From: Octopus sinensis
Lineage: Eukaryota
Direction of reading: 5' to 3'
Assembly: GCF_006345805.1 (NCBI RefSeq)
Contig: NW_021834326.1
Coordinates: forward strand, 1-49,749
Length of the DNA: 49,749 nucleotides
Below the pieces are notes generated by a model, which was not told where the DNA came from, made no database searches, and saw only the letters and a program-made list of their open reading frames with translations. Of the stretch, positions 35,241-47,790 are shown piece by piece. The translations under genes were made by a program, and so were the position numbers. How positions within the stretch are numbered: position 1 is the stretch's first letter; each line of letters begins with the position of its first letter.

Positions 35241-36454
35241 CACACACAGTATATCATTGCTCTTTTACTGGTTTCCATGACTGTCAGCTACTGAAATATC
35301 TTTTGCATCATCACTTCGTCCTCTGAAAAAGTTTCAACATGTTCGCTCAACCAGTCAAATATAACAGCCAAATCTCCCTCTGCTGTCTTTAAAAGCACCT
35401 GTTAGTTTAAGTGGTGTCGGATTCCTCGTAGGTAGTAAAAAAAAAACGGATCTATTAAACTGATTCACAAATCTGCATTTTTTCAAAGGAAGTAAAAAAA
35501 ATTGAAAACCGGCTATAATAATGTAATTTTCCACTCTTATTCCTATGAAGGTATGATGTTGTGGAGAAAGCAATTGGAGGAAAAAGTTACAGAGGTGTAA
35601 AAATAGAAAAGACTGTTTATTTTTAGCCAATGGTGAGACAGAAATTTTCTGCGTTTAGCGGTGCGGTGTCAACTTTAAGGTTGTACGTTGTGAAATTTAT
35701 AGTTTAGCGTCTGTGAAATGACCTGTTCATTGTAGCTTCTAAATAAACAGAAATACCTAATAATATAAACATGTATCATATTTTCTTTTGTCTCTTCCTT
35801 GATTGTATGTTTTTATTGTTTTTTTTTAAATTTGTTATATTAATGTATTTTGTCTGCATATGTTTACTTTATGCGTATTTCAGTATTATGTATACCTGCC
35901 ATGTGTTTGTGTACATCATTAATATACAAGCGCATGTGTGTGTGTGCGTGTAAGTGTGTCTGTGTGTGTGTGTGTGTGCGTGTGTGTAACGTTTCATGCT
36001 TGGATTTGTAAACTACGATAAGAATAACACTGGTCAAAAATATGTAATATACTAACACAGAGAATCTTGTGGTGTGAAGAATCAACACAGAACAATGTGT
36101 GGCACAGATAGGGTGAAGTGAAACACAACATAGCTAGTGGTTGTCGTGGTAACAAGCTGTTAAAGCCTCGCTGTCTGTTGATTGGCTAAAATTACCCAAA
36201 TTTCCCAACTTTAATTTCAAATAACATCAGATTCTTTAATTTACGAGATAAAGTAATTGGGTGATCGTAATCAAAATTCAGAGTTGCATCGATACACCAA
36301 AATTGAAAAGCAATCTGAGCAAAATTAAAGGGGGCTCATTTTGCGAAAAAGACTAGATAAAAAAATTAAAAACTGGGATTATCCCGAACGTACTAATTAT
36401 TTTGACCATAAGTCTGCTCAACCATCGGTTTTGCCCTTACTAATAGCGACACCA

Positions 36455-36552
36455 TTATCGTCTCACGACATTACCACCACCACCACCACCACCACCACCA
36501 CCACCACCACCACAACCACCACCATCATCATCACCATCATCATCACCATCAC

Positions 36553-36603
<51 letters not shown>

Positions 36604-37075
36604 TATCATCATCATCACCATTATAACTATTAACACCACCTTGACCATCATTACAACTGTGGTCCCCAAGAATAATACGTACCGTCTTCAGTATCATCAT
36701 CATCATCATCATCATCATCCCCCCCCACCACCACCCCGTCACCATCACCACCATTAGTATTAACACAGCACCATCACAACGCTAGAACGTCACTATCACC
36801 GCCACCATCTCGTTATACCACGGCACCACCATTAAATAACCCCGCCCCCCTACTCTAAGTCCCCACCATTCTGCTTGACTTACAACACCACCACACCAAT
36901 ATTCAATTACCTCAAAATCAAGACGCCACCATCACCAACTTCGCTACCATCACCACTGCTACCGCCGCTGCCGCCACCATTACCACCACCACCGCTGCCG
37001 CCGCTAGTACCTCCGCTATCCCCTCCCTCACCACCACCAGTTCCATTATTGACACCACACACACCACCATATCTC
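36455..37075. repeat. (CAC)n/(CAT)n degenerate trinucleotide array
   Basis: Direct reading. Confidence 0.85.
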
Positions 37076-37213
37076 AATCCACTCTTTTATCTTTACTGAC
37101 CAAAGTTGACCCCGTTGCTTTACCGTATCATCCAGGTGTAACCTTCCTCTATCTTATCTTAACGTCTTAATGTCTCTTCTAAGTATCACTTCTTACCTCT
37201 TTCTCTCTTTCTT

Positions 37214-37244
<31 letters not shown>

Positions 37245-37249
37245 TTCTC

Positions 37250-37440
37250 TTATGGCCGAGTGATGAAGAAGTTCGCTTTGCGTTTATGAGATTCTGGGTT
37301 CGATACAAGCGTGTGGCATATTGAGCTAGTATCTTTTATCATAGCCTTGGACTCTATGGGTGGTTGTGGTGGATACCGACATCACAGAGAATAGACCCGA
37401 CGCTTCCTTTGCGTGTCGTGAAAGGCTACTAACAGAGTTT
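37250..37440 (+). mobile_element. Diverged tRNA-derived SINE
   Basis: tggccgagtgatgaagaagttcgc...ctgggttcgata head and family-A-like body, then ccgacgcttcctttgcgtgtcgtgaaaggctactaa. Confidence 0.45.
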
Positions 37441-37717
37441 GACATAGGATTTGCGTTCCAGCCTCGCCAGTAGCGAGAACCCAAACAAACTCATGGATTG
37501 GAGCATTGTCGCCTGAGTAGTTCATAGGTGTCATCCACCAGGAATAGTAAGGAATCACCAACAAACGGTGGATGCAGCGACGCGCATACCTCATCTAACT
37601 TAACCTGATTTAAGGACAGCCAAAATGTCTTGTGAATGAAATTGGAAAAACGGAAATCATATGCAAAATTGTCAAATGGATTGTGTGCTGTAAATCAGTA
37701 GAGCCTACTCGTACTCT

Positions 37718-38574
37718 GAGTCATATACTCTGTTGGTGAGTACAGTGACACACTGATAATTTCTGCTTGAAAACTACGGTAAGTTTACATGTGTCCGTGG
37801 AATACCCAGCCACTTACAAATTCAGTGAGTCACATAATCTGTTTCCAGATTCTTGAAATGTGACGGAGCTAGTGGGAAATGTTGGTGAGTACAGTGGGCA
37901 CACTGATATTTTCTGCTTGAAAACTACGGTAAGTTTACATGTGTCCGTGGAATACCCAGCCACTTACAAATTCAGTGAGTCACATAATCTGTTTCCAGAT
38001 TCTTGAAATGTGACGGAGCTAGTGGGAAATGTTGGTGAGTACAGTGGGCACACTGATATTTTCTGCTTGAAAACTACGGTAAGTTTACATGTGTCCGTGG
38101 AATACCCAGCCACTTACAAATTCAGTGAGTCACATAATCTGTTTCCAGATTCTTGAAATGTGACGGAGCTAGTGGGAAATGTTGGTGAGTACAGTGGGCA
38201 CACTGATATTTTCTGCTTGAAAACTACGGTAAGTTTACATGTGTCCGTGGAATACCCAGCCACTTACAAATTCAGTGAGTCATATACTCTGTTTCCAGAT
38301 TCTGGAAATGTGACGGAGCTAGTGGGAAATGTTGGTGAGTACAGTGGGCACACTGATATTTTCTGCTTGAAAACTACGGTAAGTTTACATGTGTCCGTGG
38401 AATACCCAGCCACTTACAAATTCAGTGAGTCATATACTCTGTTTCCAGATTCTGGAAATGTGACGGAGCTAGTGGGAAATGTTGGTGAGTACAGTGGGTA
38501 CACTGATATTTTCTGCTTGAAAACTACGGTAAGTTTACATGTGTCCGTGGAATACCCAGCCACTTACAAATTCA
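37718..38574. repeat. Tandem repeat, 150-bp unit, about 5.7 copies
   Basis: tgacggagctagtgggaaatgtt at 37861, 38011, 38161, 38311 and 38461; two unit variants. Confidence 0.97.
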
Positions 38575-38770
38575 ATCAGTGTGTCTTCCGCTTGATCGAA
38601 CGACTTGAGAACGCTAAATGGATTTCGGCCATTTTCGACGATTACGCTTGTCGCTGCTTGGACGAATTTTCGTCTCTCTCTCTAAAATACATAATATACA
38701 TAAGATGCATTATCATAGGGTAATTCCCACAGTAATTGGGTGATCAACGGTGTATATTCTTTTATCCTTT

Positions 38771-39292
38771 TCATCATCATCATTGTTCGACCGTGGTCGA
38801 GACAATGGAATTTACCATGCTACGCCAGACTTCACGGTCCATCATGGCATTACGGAGGTCCTGTTGCTGGATGCCTGGAGATTACATCAGGGTAGGAGAG
38901 TGTGCGCCCTCTGGTATTGCGAGTAGATGGCTTCCAGAGGAGAAGAGTAGAAATTACTTCTTTTTCAGCTCTACAACAATGTCCAGCAAACTGGACTCTC
39001 CTACCTTTCACAAGAGATGACACAGGTGGTAGTTTCCCATATATTTGCATTTTGGTTGGGTGGCGCTTCCACGAGAGATTTTGAGCTCTCATAAGGAGGT
39101 GAGTGAAGGTTCCATCCAACCGCCTCTCAAGCTTCTTTGATAACGTCCAGGTTTCTGAGCCATATAGTAGAATTGGTTCGACTGTGGCTTTGAATATTTC
39201 AAGTTTGAAGTCTCCACTTAGATTTGATGACCAGATCTTATGCATGTCATTACAGGCTGACCAGGCCATACCCTTTCTAGTTAGAAAGTCTT
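38771..39292 (-). mobile_element. RTE-clade LINE, 3' fragment with (GAT)n tail
   Basis: KLEIFKATVEPILLYGSETWTL...RRVQFAGHCCR...RGRTLSYPDVI, then frameshifted DLRNAMMDREVWR; cut 5' by a SINE end at 39293-39370. Confidence 0.9.
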
Positions 39293-39399
39293 TTACTATT
39301 TTACTTGTTTCAGTCATTTGACTGTGGCCATGCTGGAGCAACGCCTTTAGTCGAGCAAATCGACCCCAGGAATACTTTGGAATAAAAGCAATGACATCA

Positions 39400-39685
39400 C
39401 CACCAACCTCAACATTGTTTCCTACACTTCCTCACCATCACTATCATAACAACCAGCATCACCATCACTACTGTGATTAACATCACTAACAACATCACCA
39501 CTTCCACCATAACCATCACCTCTACCAATATAACCACCACCATCACCACCACTACCGTTGCCACCACCACCACCACCACCACCACCACCACCACCACCAC
39601 TACCGTTGCCGCCACCACCACCCCTCCACCACCACCACCACCACCACCACCACCACCACTACCGTTGCCACCACCACCACCAATA
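39400..39685. repeat. (CAC)n degenerate array
   Basis: Direct reading. Confidence 0.85.
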
Positions 39686-40254
39686 GTGCCAGTCAGTCCT
39701 GTGTTGGTACGTGGCTATCGATGTCTTTGTCAGTAGTGGACAATGGGCTTTCGTCTTCACAGTAGAAACGGCATTTGCTCCGGACATTAGTGGTCAGTTG
39801 AGATTACTGAAAAAAAAAACAGTAAAAAAATGTAAGCAGCAATAAAAGTAACAACAAGTCAGCACTGGTCATCATTTTCGCGGGTCATCAGCCATCTAGC
39901 AAGCATTCTAGGAGATAAGGAAAGGCTAATGACCAGTGGCATGAGATGAGGTGGGGGGTCGGGAAGAGTGTTGATAGATAGATGGGTTCGTTGATTGATA
40001 GATGGACAGCGCGTGGTGGTTAACCTGAAGGTCAAACAGATGGATAGTGTACAAAAGGCGACCAAATTTGACCAACCATATAGACGTGCAGACAAACAGA
40101 GGCATGCGTACACACTCAAGTACACGCACGCGTACGTTCACATCTGTGCGAATAGTGAATGGTGGTGGTAAGTTAAGTTGATCGACTGGGTGTTCAAGCA
40201 CTTACGTACAATCTCACTACCGTACCCTAACACATTCACACACACACATATTCT

Positions 40255-40465
40255 TTTATTCTTTTATTTGTTTCAGTCATTTGACTGCGGCCATGTTGGA
40301 GCACCGCCCTTTTTAGTCGAACAAATCGCCCCCAGGACTTTTTCTTTGGAAGCCTAGTACTTATTCTATTGGATCTCTTTTGCCGAACTGGTAAGTTACG
40401 GAGACGTAAGCACACTAACATCGGTTGTCAAGCGATGATGGTCGGATAAACACAGACACACACAA
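40255..40465 (-). mobile_element. SINE family A, 3' half
   Basis: tttgtttcagtcatttgactgcggccatgttggagcaccgcc...catcggttgtcaagcgatg. Confidence 0.85.
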
Positions 40466-40487
40466 TATATATATACAAATGAACCAC

Positions 40488-40672
40488 ATGCAGGAGTGGA
40501 TGTGCAGTAAGAAGCTTGCTTCGCAATGACATGGTTGAAGGTTCAATTCCGCTGCGTGGCACCTTGGGCAAGTGTCTTTTATTATAGTCTCGGGCCGACC
40601 AAAGCCTTGTGCGTGGATTTGGTAGACGGAAACTGAAAGAAGCCCCTTGTATGTATGTATATATACATATAT

Positions 40673-40768
<96 letters not shown>

Positions 40769-40850
40769 TATGTTTGTGTGTGTGTGTATGTTTGTGTGTC
40801 TGTGTTTGTCCCCCCAACATAGCTTGACAACCGATATGGTGCATAAAATC
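40488..40850 (+). mobile_element. SINE family A, head to central (TA)n, 3' truncated
   Basis: gcaggagtgg...gcgtggcaccttgggcaagtgtc...gaaactgaaagaagcc, (TA)n, tgtgtttgtccccccaacatagcttgacaaccgat. Confidence 0.85.
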
Positions 40851-40859
40851 GATATGGTA

Positions 40860-41330
40860 CAGAATATTGCCATGGATCCTTAGGACTAGAGATTCTAATA
40901 TCGTCAACGTTTTCTGTGTTGGCCAGATCTGTGGAGAGGACACAGCATGCACATGGGTCAGAAACTGAAGTGTGTCCATCAGTGATAAATTGTTGATCAG
41001 TTAAGTGGCCTATTTCCAGATGCAATCCAGATGCCCGTGAGCAAAGAATCAGTACCGTTCCAGTGCTAGGTGCAGTATTTCATCGTGGTGGTCCTTAGTC
41101 TTTTAGAGTGATGTCACTTGTTAGACTTGTTAGAGCTGAAATATCTTCTGGCTCTAAAGGGAAAACTAGTACTTGGGCTACGGTCCTAGCTATGCTACGG
41201 ATGTGTTTTCGCCCAGAGAGATACATGGAGACTTTGAGTCCCAGAATTTAGATCAACTATAAGGGACCCAGGTGAGAATCGCTCGTATTTAGGGGTATGC
41301 GGTGTGTTAAAGTTTTCTAGATATGAGTAA
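40860..41330 (-). mobile_element. Heavily decayed CR1/L2/Jockey-group LINE fragment (post-RT region)
   Basis: Frameshifted remnants ILGLKV..KHIRSIAR, FRARRYFSS, TMKYC, TLQFLTHVHAVSS resemble the conserved post-RT segment of these LINEs; many stops. Confidence 0.5.
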
Positions 41331-41408
41331 TGTTTTAGTGTTTTACTGTTATAATAAATAAGGTTGACATTGTCTCGAAAGAAGTGTATATATATTTATG
41401 TATGTTTG

Positions 41409-41494
<86 letters not shown>

Positions 41495-41499
<5 letters not shown>

Positions 41500-41568
41500 T
41501 AATCCAAACAAGAAAACAAAAAGACAACAACGCGAGGATGTGGAACAAATAAAGTATTATTGGGCGCT

Positions 41569-41570
<2 letters not shown>
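41495..41570. mobile_element. Short element terminus anchored on (TA)n
   Basis: aaagttaatccaaacaagaaaacaaaaagacaacaacgcgaggatgtggaacaaataaagtattattggg.gctca, near-identical to 46874-46949. Confidence 0.75.
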
Positions 41571-41603
<33 letters not shown>

Positions 41604-42606
41604 AAATATGTGGGTGTACGAGCGTGTGTGTATATTTGTTTTTATGTTCACATTGGTCTAAAAATATAGCATCGTTGTATATGATATTTCTTTGTGTCGA
41701 ATGACTTAAAAGTTCACAATAAACAGAGATCAATATAAAAAGTATCAAAGTGAAAAAAAAAAGAACAAAAAAAACCCCAACTAGCATCAATATGATCAAC
41801 ACGACCCTCAAGGGTTGCAATCTTATGGCAAAAATGCAAAACTTGGAACGGCCCCTTTTCTAAGCTATCATACTGTTTCCCCTCTATCAAATTTTAATCA
41901 TAAATCTTGACAGAAATTTGTCGTGAACAAGATGCTCGATTGTACCAACCTAGTGGCTGACTGGTGTTTTATTTTTACTGACACTGAAAGGACCAAAGGC
42001 AAACTATCTCAGTAATTTAAATGAATTGAAAAAAAAAATACATATGCGTATGGTGATGGATCTTCGTCGTTTGACGGTGAGGATTCAGGTGCTCAGTTAA
42101 CTTAATTAACTGCCTCAGCATTAGCGTATAAGTCGCTCAGCGATTCATAGACGTGTGTGCTCTGAACGGTTTTCTTTTCTCAGGTAGAATCAGCGTGGCC
42201 CAGGGCGTGACAAAGCTATTTCATTTGAATTCTGAGTGCAATCCACCCGACAGCCGGAGGGTGGGTCATACAATCTCCATCTTTCCAATTTCAATCACAC
42301 GTTAGGAGTCGACATGAGGCTATAGAAAATTACATTTATCAAAAACTGAAACGAACTCGGAACCTCGTGGGTGCGAAGCGAACTTCTTAACCACTCGGCA
42401 ATATATATACTTATGTACCCCAACCGAAACCATCACTTACACGGTTTGCCTACTTCTCTATTTATCAACAAATAAAGGTGAAGGAAGGAGAGACAGAGAA
42501 AAAGAAACAGTAAAATAAGTTAGGTGAGTACTGTGTGTACGCGTGTGTATGTGTGTGTGCTTCTATGTTTGTATGTATGTGTATGTGTGTGTGTGTGTGT
42601 ACGCGT

Positions 42607-42652
<46 letters not shown>

Positions 42653-43284
42653 ATGCTGATCGCAATGGTGGTGGTGCTGTTTTATTTTGCGGAGGTGGGG
42701 TTTGACTTAATAGCTATTTCGTCAACACGTGGTTGGCGTGTGTCAGTGACATGGTGATATATAATGAATGAATATCTATGTTCTACTTGTGAAAGTATTA
42801 TTATCGTACACCGTGGGCATAAACCATCCATCCAGCCATCCAGCCATCCAGCCAGCCAGTCAGCCAGCCGGCCAGCCGGTCAGCAGGCCCTATATTCATC
42901 CAACAACACTTAAATATTATTTTCTTGATTGTCCGTTAATTGTTAGAATTTACCTTTCCTAACGACAAATAAATTTATAATGTTTTGTGAATTTTCCTGC
43001 ATTTTATTGGTGTTCGATGTCTTTTTTTCCTTTCATGTTTATTCAGGGGACGAAAGATAAGTGGTCATGACCTTTACGGGACCGCTCAAAACAGTGGAAA
43101 CCACATCTCTCATGCTTGCTGCAACAGGGAGCAGCAGCGCACGAAGATATTAACTTATATAGCGTGTTTAGACGAAACTATCTTAGCATATCTGACTAAT
43201 GTTATATATAAAAAAAAAACTCTGACATACATTAAAAATGACACCTAGCAACACTGACACATATAATAGCACTAATATACTTTT

Positions 43285-43490
43285 TCTACTCTAGGCACAA
43301 GGCCCGAAATTTTGGGAGAGCGGAGCCAGTCAATTAGATTGACTCCAGTACGCAGCTGGTACTTAATTTATCAACTCCGAAAGTATGAAAGGTAAAGTTG
43401 ACCTGGGCGGAAATTGAGCTCAGAACATAAAGACACGAAATACCGCTAAGCATTTTGCCCGGCGTGCTAACGTTTCTTATTTCTTTATTG
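43285..43490 (-). mobile_element. SINE family B
   Basis: ggcacaaggcccgaaattt...ggtacttaatttatcaactccgaaagtatgaaaggtaaagttgacc...cccggcgtgctaacg. Confidence 0.8.
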
Positions 43491-43624
43491 CCCACAATAG
43501 TGGACACACAAGGACAGACAAGCTGATTTCGCTTATATCTTTTCATGAAACAAGTACCAGTCAAGTACTAGGGTTCGTGTAATCAACTAAAAAGAACAGG
43601 CGGACCTGTGTTAAAATTTAAACC

Positions 43625-43765
43625 TTAAGGCAGCGAGCTGGCAGAATCGTTAGCACGTCGGATAAAATACTTTGCAGCATTTCGTCCGTCTTTACGTTCT
43701 GAGTTTAAATTCCACCGAGTTCGACTTTCATCCTTTCGGAGTCAAAAAAATAAGTACTAGCTGAA
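43625..43765 (+). mobile_element. SINE family B, partial
   Basis: aaggcagcgagctggcagaatcgttagcacgtcgg...cgactttcatcctttcggagtc. Confidence 0.8.
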
Positions 43766-43767
43766 TG

Positions 43768-44010
43768 CAGGGCCGGATTAAGATACATCAAGGTCCTAAT
43801 CACTTAAAAGATTTTGGTGCCTTCATAAAAGATTATGTAATTAAAAATATAAACAATAACACACCATAAAATGAATTTCTATTTTTTGAATTGCAAAGTC
43901 TTTGATCAGATCCTCAAAATTAATCTCAGGTAACACATATGCATCTATACTTGGTAGAGATAAAGGCGTCCTGGATATTATTTTAGCAAGTTTAAAGTGA
44001 TTTCTTTTGT
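43768..44010 (-). mobile_element. hAT (Tip100-like) transposon 3' end with transposase C-terminal remnant
   Basis: Terminus cagggccggatta; minus-strand LSLPSIDAYVLPEINFEDLIKDFAIQK resembles the end of the hAT dimerisation domain. Confidence 0.55.
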
Positions 44011-44162
44011 ACGGTAAACCATTTACCATTTCTGTAGTGCCCCCTCCTTTCCTTGATGCTCTAAGCATGTGCTTATTTTGCTTAATGGTTACTCCAGTGC
44101 TGGGTCGATTACATCGACTAGCGGCTTAACTGAACATGCTCGCTTTGTGCCAAAATCTTAAA

Positions 44163-44388
44163 ACAAAGGCAGCGAGCTGGCTGAATTTTTTTAGCACGCC
44201 AGGAAAAATGCGTTGCGTTATTTCATTCGTCTTTACGTTCTAGGTTCAAATTCAACTGAGGTTTACTTTGTCTTTCATCCATTTGGGGCCGATAAATTAA
44301 GTACCAGTTGAACACTGGGGGTCGATGCAATCGATTAGCCCCCTCCCACAAAATTTCAGGCCTTGTGCCTATAGCTGAAACGATTATT
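44163..44388 (+). mobile_element. SINE family B ending in (ATT)n
   Basis: aaaggcagcgagctggc...ctttcatccatttggggccgataaattaagtaccag...aaatttcaggccttgtgcctatag, then (ATT)n 44388-44533. Confidence 0.85.
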
Positions 44389-44392
44389 ATTA

Positions 44393-44533
<141 letters not shown>

Positions 44534-45056
44534 GAGTGAGAGAGCAGTGCATGCCATCAAAGTGACACTGGGGTAAAATATACGAAGCCCAGTATACCCG
44601 TCATGACTACCCGTCTGAGAAAGGTACACCAGGCACATGCATCACAACTATATGTGCGCGACATGGTGATCTCATATCTGGATAAATAGCACATGACCTT
44701 GCAGGTGGGGCCCAGTTAGAATTTTCTTCTGGTCGAGTAGCCCATCCCGCTCAAAAGGTCTCTGAATAAGGATTGTTTAAGGATGTTGAACGAACCATCC
44801 ATGTTTCCATCCTTTCAACACATGGCTATGATGCTGCCCCAATACATCTGCTCATTATCAGGGATGCACATATCGTCAGTCACTAAGGGACATGCTCAAC
44901 TGATTAAGATCAAACAACTAACAAACAAATCTGTGGTATTGAGCAGAATATTTGCTGTAGCCCATCTTTTATACCAAGTCAGAATAATGTACATGATAAC
45001 ATTTCCAATCAGTTAAGATCAAAAGCCATGAGAGCCACAGTCTGGTACTGCACCAA
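44534..45056 (-). mobile_element. Unclassified element flanked on both sides by (AAT)n
   Basis: Homologous to 16861-17112; no ORF; (ATT)n on both flanks. Confidence 0.8.
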
Positions 45057-45144
<88 letters not shown>

Positions 45145-45147
<3 letters not shown>

Positions 45148-45360
45148 TAGTTTTATCTTTATAGCGTGCTTTCACTTCACTATCGAGTGCAGCTCTGTGT
45201 GCCTTGGGTATGTGCTGTGATTTGTTGTGATGCTCTGATGGTTACTGTATGGAAAGTGTTCTGCGTAGGATGTGTGCAGTGCCCAGCAGTGCAATTTTCT
45301 GTATGTTATATGTGTTTGTAAGTCCGGGTGTTTTTGTTATGTATTTGTCTGAATATTTTT
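45145..45360 (-). mobile_element. R4/Dong-like (RLE-type) non-LTR retrotransposon, 3' end, in (AAT)n
   Basis: Minus-strand KYSDKYITKTPGLTNTYNIQKIALLGTAHILRRTLSIQ* (stop at 45242-45244), ~95-nt 3' UTR, (ATT)n on both sides. Confidence 0.75.
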
Positions 45361-45407
45361 TTTTGTTTTTTATTATAATTATAATTATTATTATTATTAT
45401 CATTATA

Positions 45408-45468
<61 letters not shown>

Positions 45469-45979
45469 TATCATCATCATCATCATCATCATCATCATAA
45501 TTGTTGTTGTTATTGTTGTTGTTGTTGTTTCCGCCGGGTTGGGGGGAAAATAAAAAGAAGACAGCTTTATTATTGTGGTTTATAATACACGTTACGGTGT
45601 GCTGCTTGGTGATGATGTTTGCTGGTGATGTGGAGTGACGGTGGTTGTTTGATAAGAATTAGTAAACAAGCGTGGGATCATTCTGAACAAAACTGACTTT
45701 TGCTGTTATTATTATTATTATCATTGTTGTTGCTGTTGTTGTTATTGTTGTTGATGGAGTGCTGTTTGTGGTATATGGCGCGACTGTTGAATGAAATATG
45801 GCTTGCCTACTACGTCGATACTAACACGCTCCTGAACACCACCATCTTGACCCCTCCGTAACACTACTTCTCACACAACTAACATTTAGCCGATCTCACG
45901 GTCATTAGACAAATAGGGGGCTAGAGGGAGGGAATGGAAAAGGGAGAAGGAATACAGCTTTTCCCACGCCTAAAGTTAA

Positions 45980-46129
45980 CTACCTGTGGGGGTGATCAAC
46001 AAACTCAAATATATCGCAAAAGATACAGATATATGTATGTATATGTGTCTGTATATATATATGTGTGTATGTATGTGTGAGTATGTGTATATGCATGTAC
46101 ATACACACACACACACATATATGTATACA

Positions 46130-46162
<33 letters not shown>

Positions 46163-46338
46163 GTCAGTGTGTATATTTATAAATACATACATATATATGT
46201 GTGTGTGTATGTATGCGTGAATATGTGTGTATGCATGTACACACACACATATATGTATGCATACATACATATATGTCAGTGTGTATATTTATAAATATAT
46301 ACATATATATGTATGTATGTGTGTTATATATATGTGTG

Positions 46339-46403
<65 letters not shown>

Positions 46404-46438
46404 TATATATTCATGTACACACAAATGCATGTATATGC

Positions 46439-46480
<42 letters not shown>

Positions 46481-46597
46481 ATAATATATATTTATTTATT
46501 TATATATAAGGGCATTATTACACATACATGCCACACGCTAAGAGGGACATTAGTCATTTCTACCAAAAAATTTTACTAAAAGATTTTACTATATATC

Positions 46598-46631
<34 letters not shown>

Positions 46632-46660
46632 ACGTACGTACATATATACATACATACATG

Positions 46661-46717
<57 letters not shown>

Positions 46718-46968
46718 GTGCGTGTGCGAAGCCTGATCAGTAAGTATCCGGACTGTTGACATAGAAGCGAAGCTAAAGCACACAGTGTGAAGATGCTTGG
46801 TAAAGATTGACCTTAAACTTTGCTGTGCATGCGAAATAAGTTGTAACATATATATATAAATATATATATATATAAAGTTAATCCAAACAGGAAAACAAAA
46901 AGACAACAACGCAAGGATGTGGAACAAATAAAGTATTATTGGACGCTCAGGAAAGAAGGGGAAGAAGG

Positions 46969-47050
<82 letters not shown>

Positions 47051-47055
47051 AATAT

Positions 47056-47120
<65 letters not shown>

Positions 47121-47140
47121 TAATGTTTTTTTTAATGTCA
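45980..47140. repeat. Compound (TA)n/(TATG)n field with a ~130-bp local duplication
   Basis: Direct reading. Confidence 0.85.
46874..46970. mobile_element. Second copy of the (TA)n-anchored terminus
   Basis: Matches 41495-41570; (TA)n on both sides. Confidence 0.75.
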
Positions 47141-47327
47141 AGTCATAAACCTTCATTATAGGCACAAGGCCTGAAACTTTATAGAGAGGGAGCTAGTCGA
47201 TTACATCAATCCCAGTTCACGAACTAGAAAGTTGGCTCACGATCATAAAGGTCGCGTGTTCGATTCTTGGAACGGACGGAGCGTTGCGTGTTTGACCAAG
47301 GCACTTCAGCTGAGAACATGAGCCAGC

Positions 47328-47429
47328 CTAGTTTCGTTTCAGTGTGATCTTCGCTTCTTCCAGCCGCCACACTCCCGATGTTCCGTTGAGCCAACGGTAG
47401 AAAGAAAATCTGCCCGTGTCAGCTTGTAA
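47328..47429 (-). other. Candidate terminal coding exon, unidentified
   Basis: Acceptor tttcctcatttgttttagatctctgtag|, then LQADTGRFSFYRWLNGTSGVWRLEEAKITLKRN*. No family recognised. Confidence 0.2.
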
Positions 47430-47757
47430 CTACAGAGATCTAAAACAAATGAGGAAAGCCTGGTAAATGCTTCTAAATTACACTCGCTCGTGAGTGACTT
47501 CCATGCTTTTATTTTTCGCTTTAACAAACGTTATGGTGATACTCACGCCCTCACATATTCACACACGATCACGCATGCACACACACACACACACTTGTGA
47601 GTGAGTGTTTTGTTGATTATTGTTTACAAAATATTGCCTTAGTTTTGTACTTCATGACATACATAAACAAACATACATTGACATGACATTCGACACATAT
47701 ACACTTTTATATCTCTCCTCCCCATCCTCCTCCTCCTCCTCCTCCTCCTCCTCCTCC

Positions 47758-47790
<33 letters not shown>

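Noticed and set aside
35987-36035. ~45-bp match to 49043-49086 (taacgt.tcatgcttggatttgtaaact...aataacactggtc)
   Set aside because: A real match, but too short to classify; most simply an old dispersed-repeat fragment.
37718-38574. CRISPR-like array
   Set aside because: The units are contiguous and near-identical with no unique spacers, and the context is eukaryotic.
38160-38723. 187-aa repeat protein ORF
   Set aside because: It results from a 150-bp unit divisible by three, starts at GTG, and upstream units have an in-frame TGA.
42170-42265. Strong acceptor ttttcttttctcAG| with possible donor GG|GTGGGT
   Set aside because: No supporting peptide similarity; such signals are expected by chance in 50 kb.
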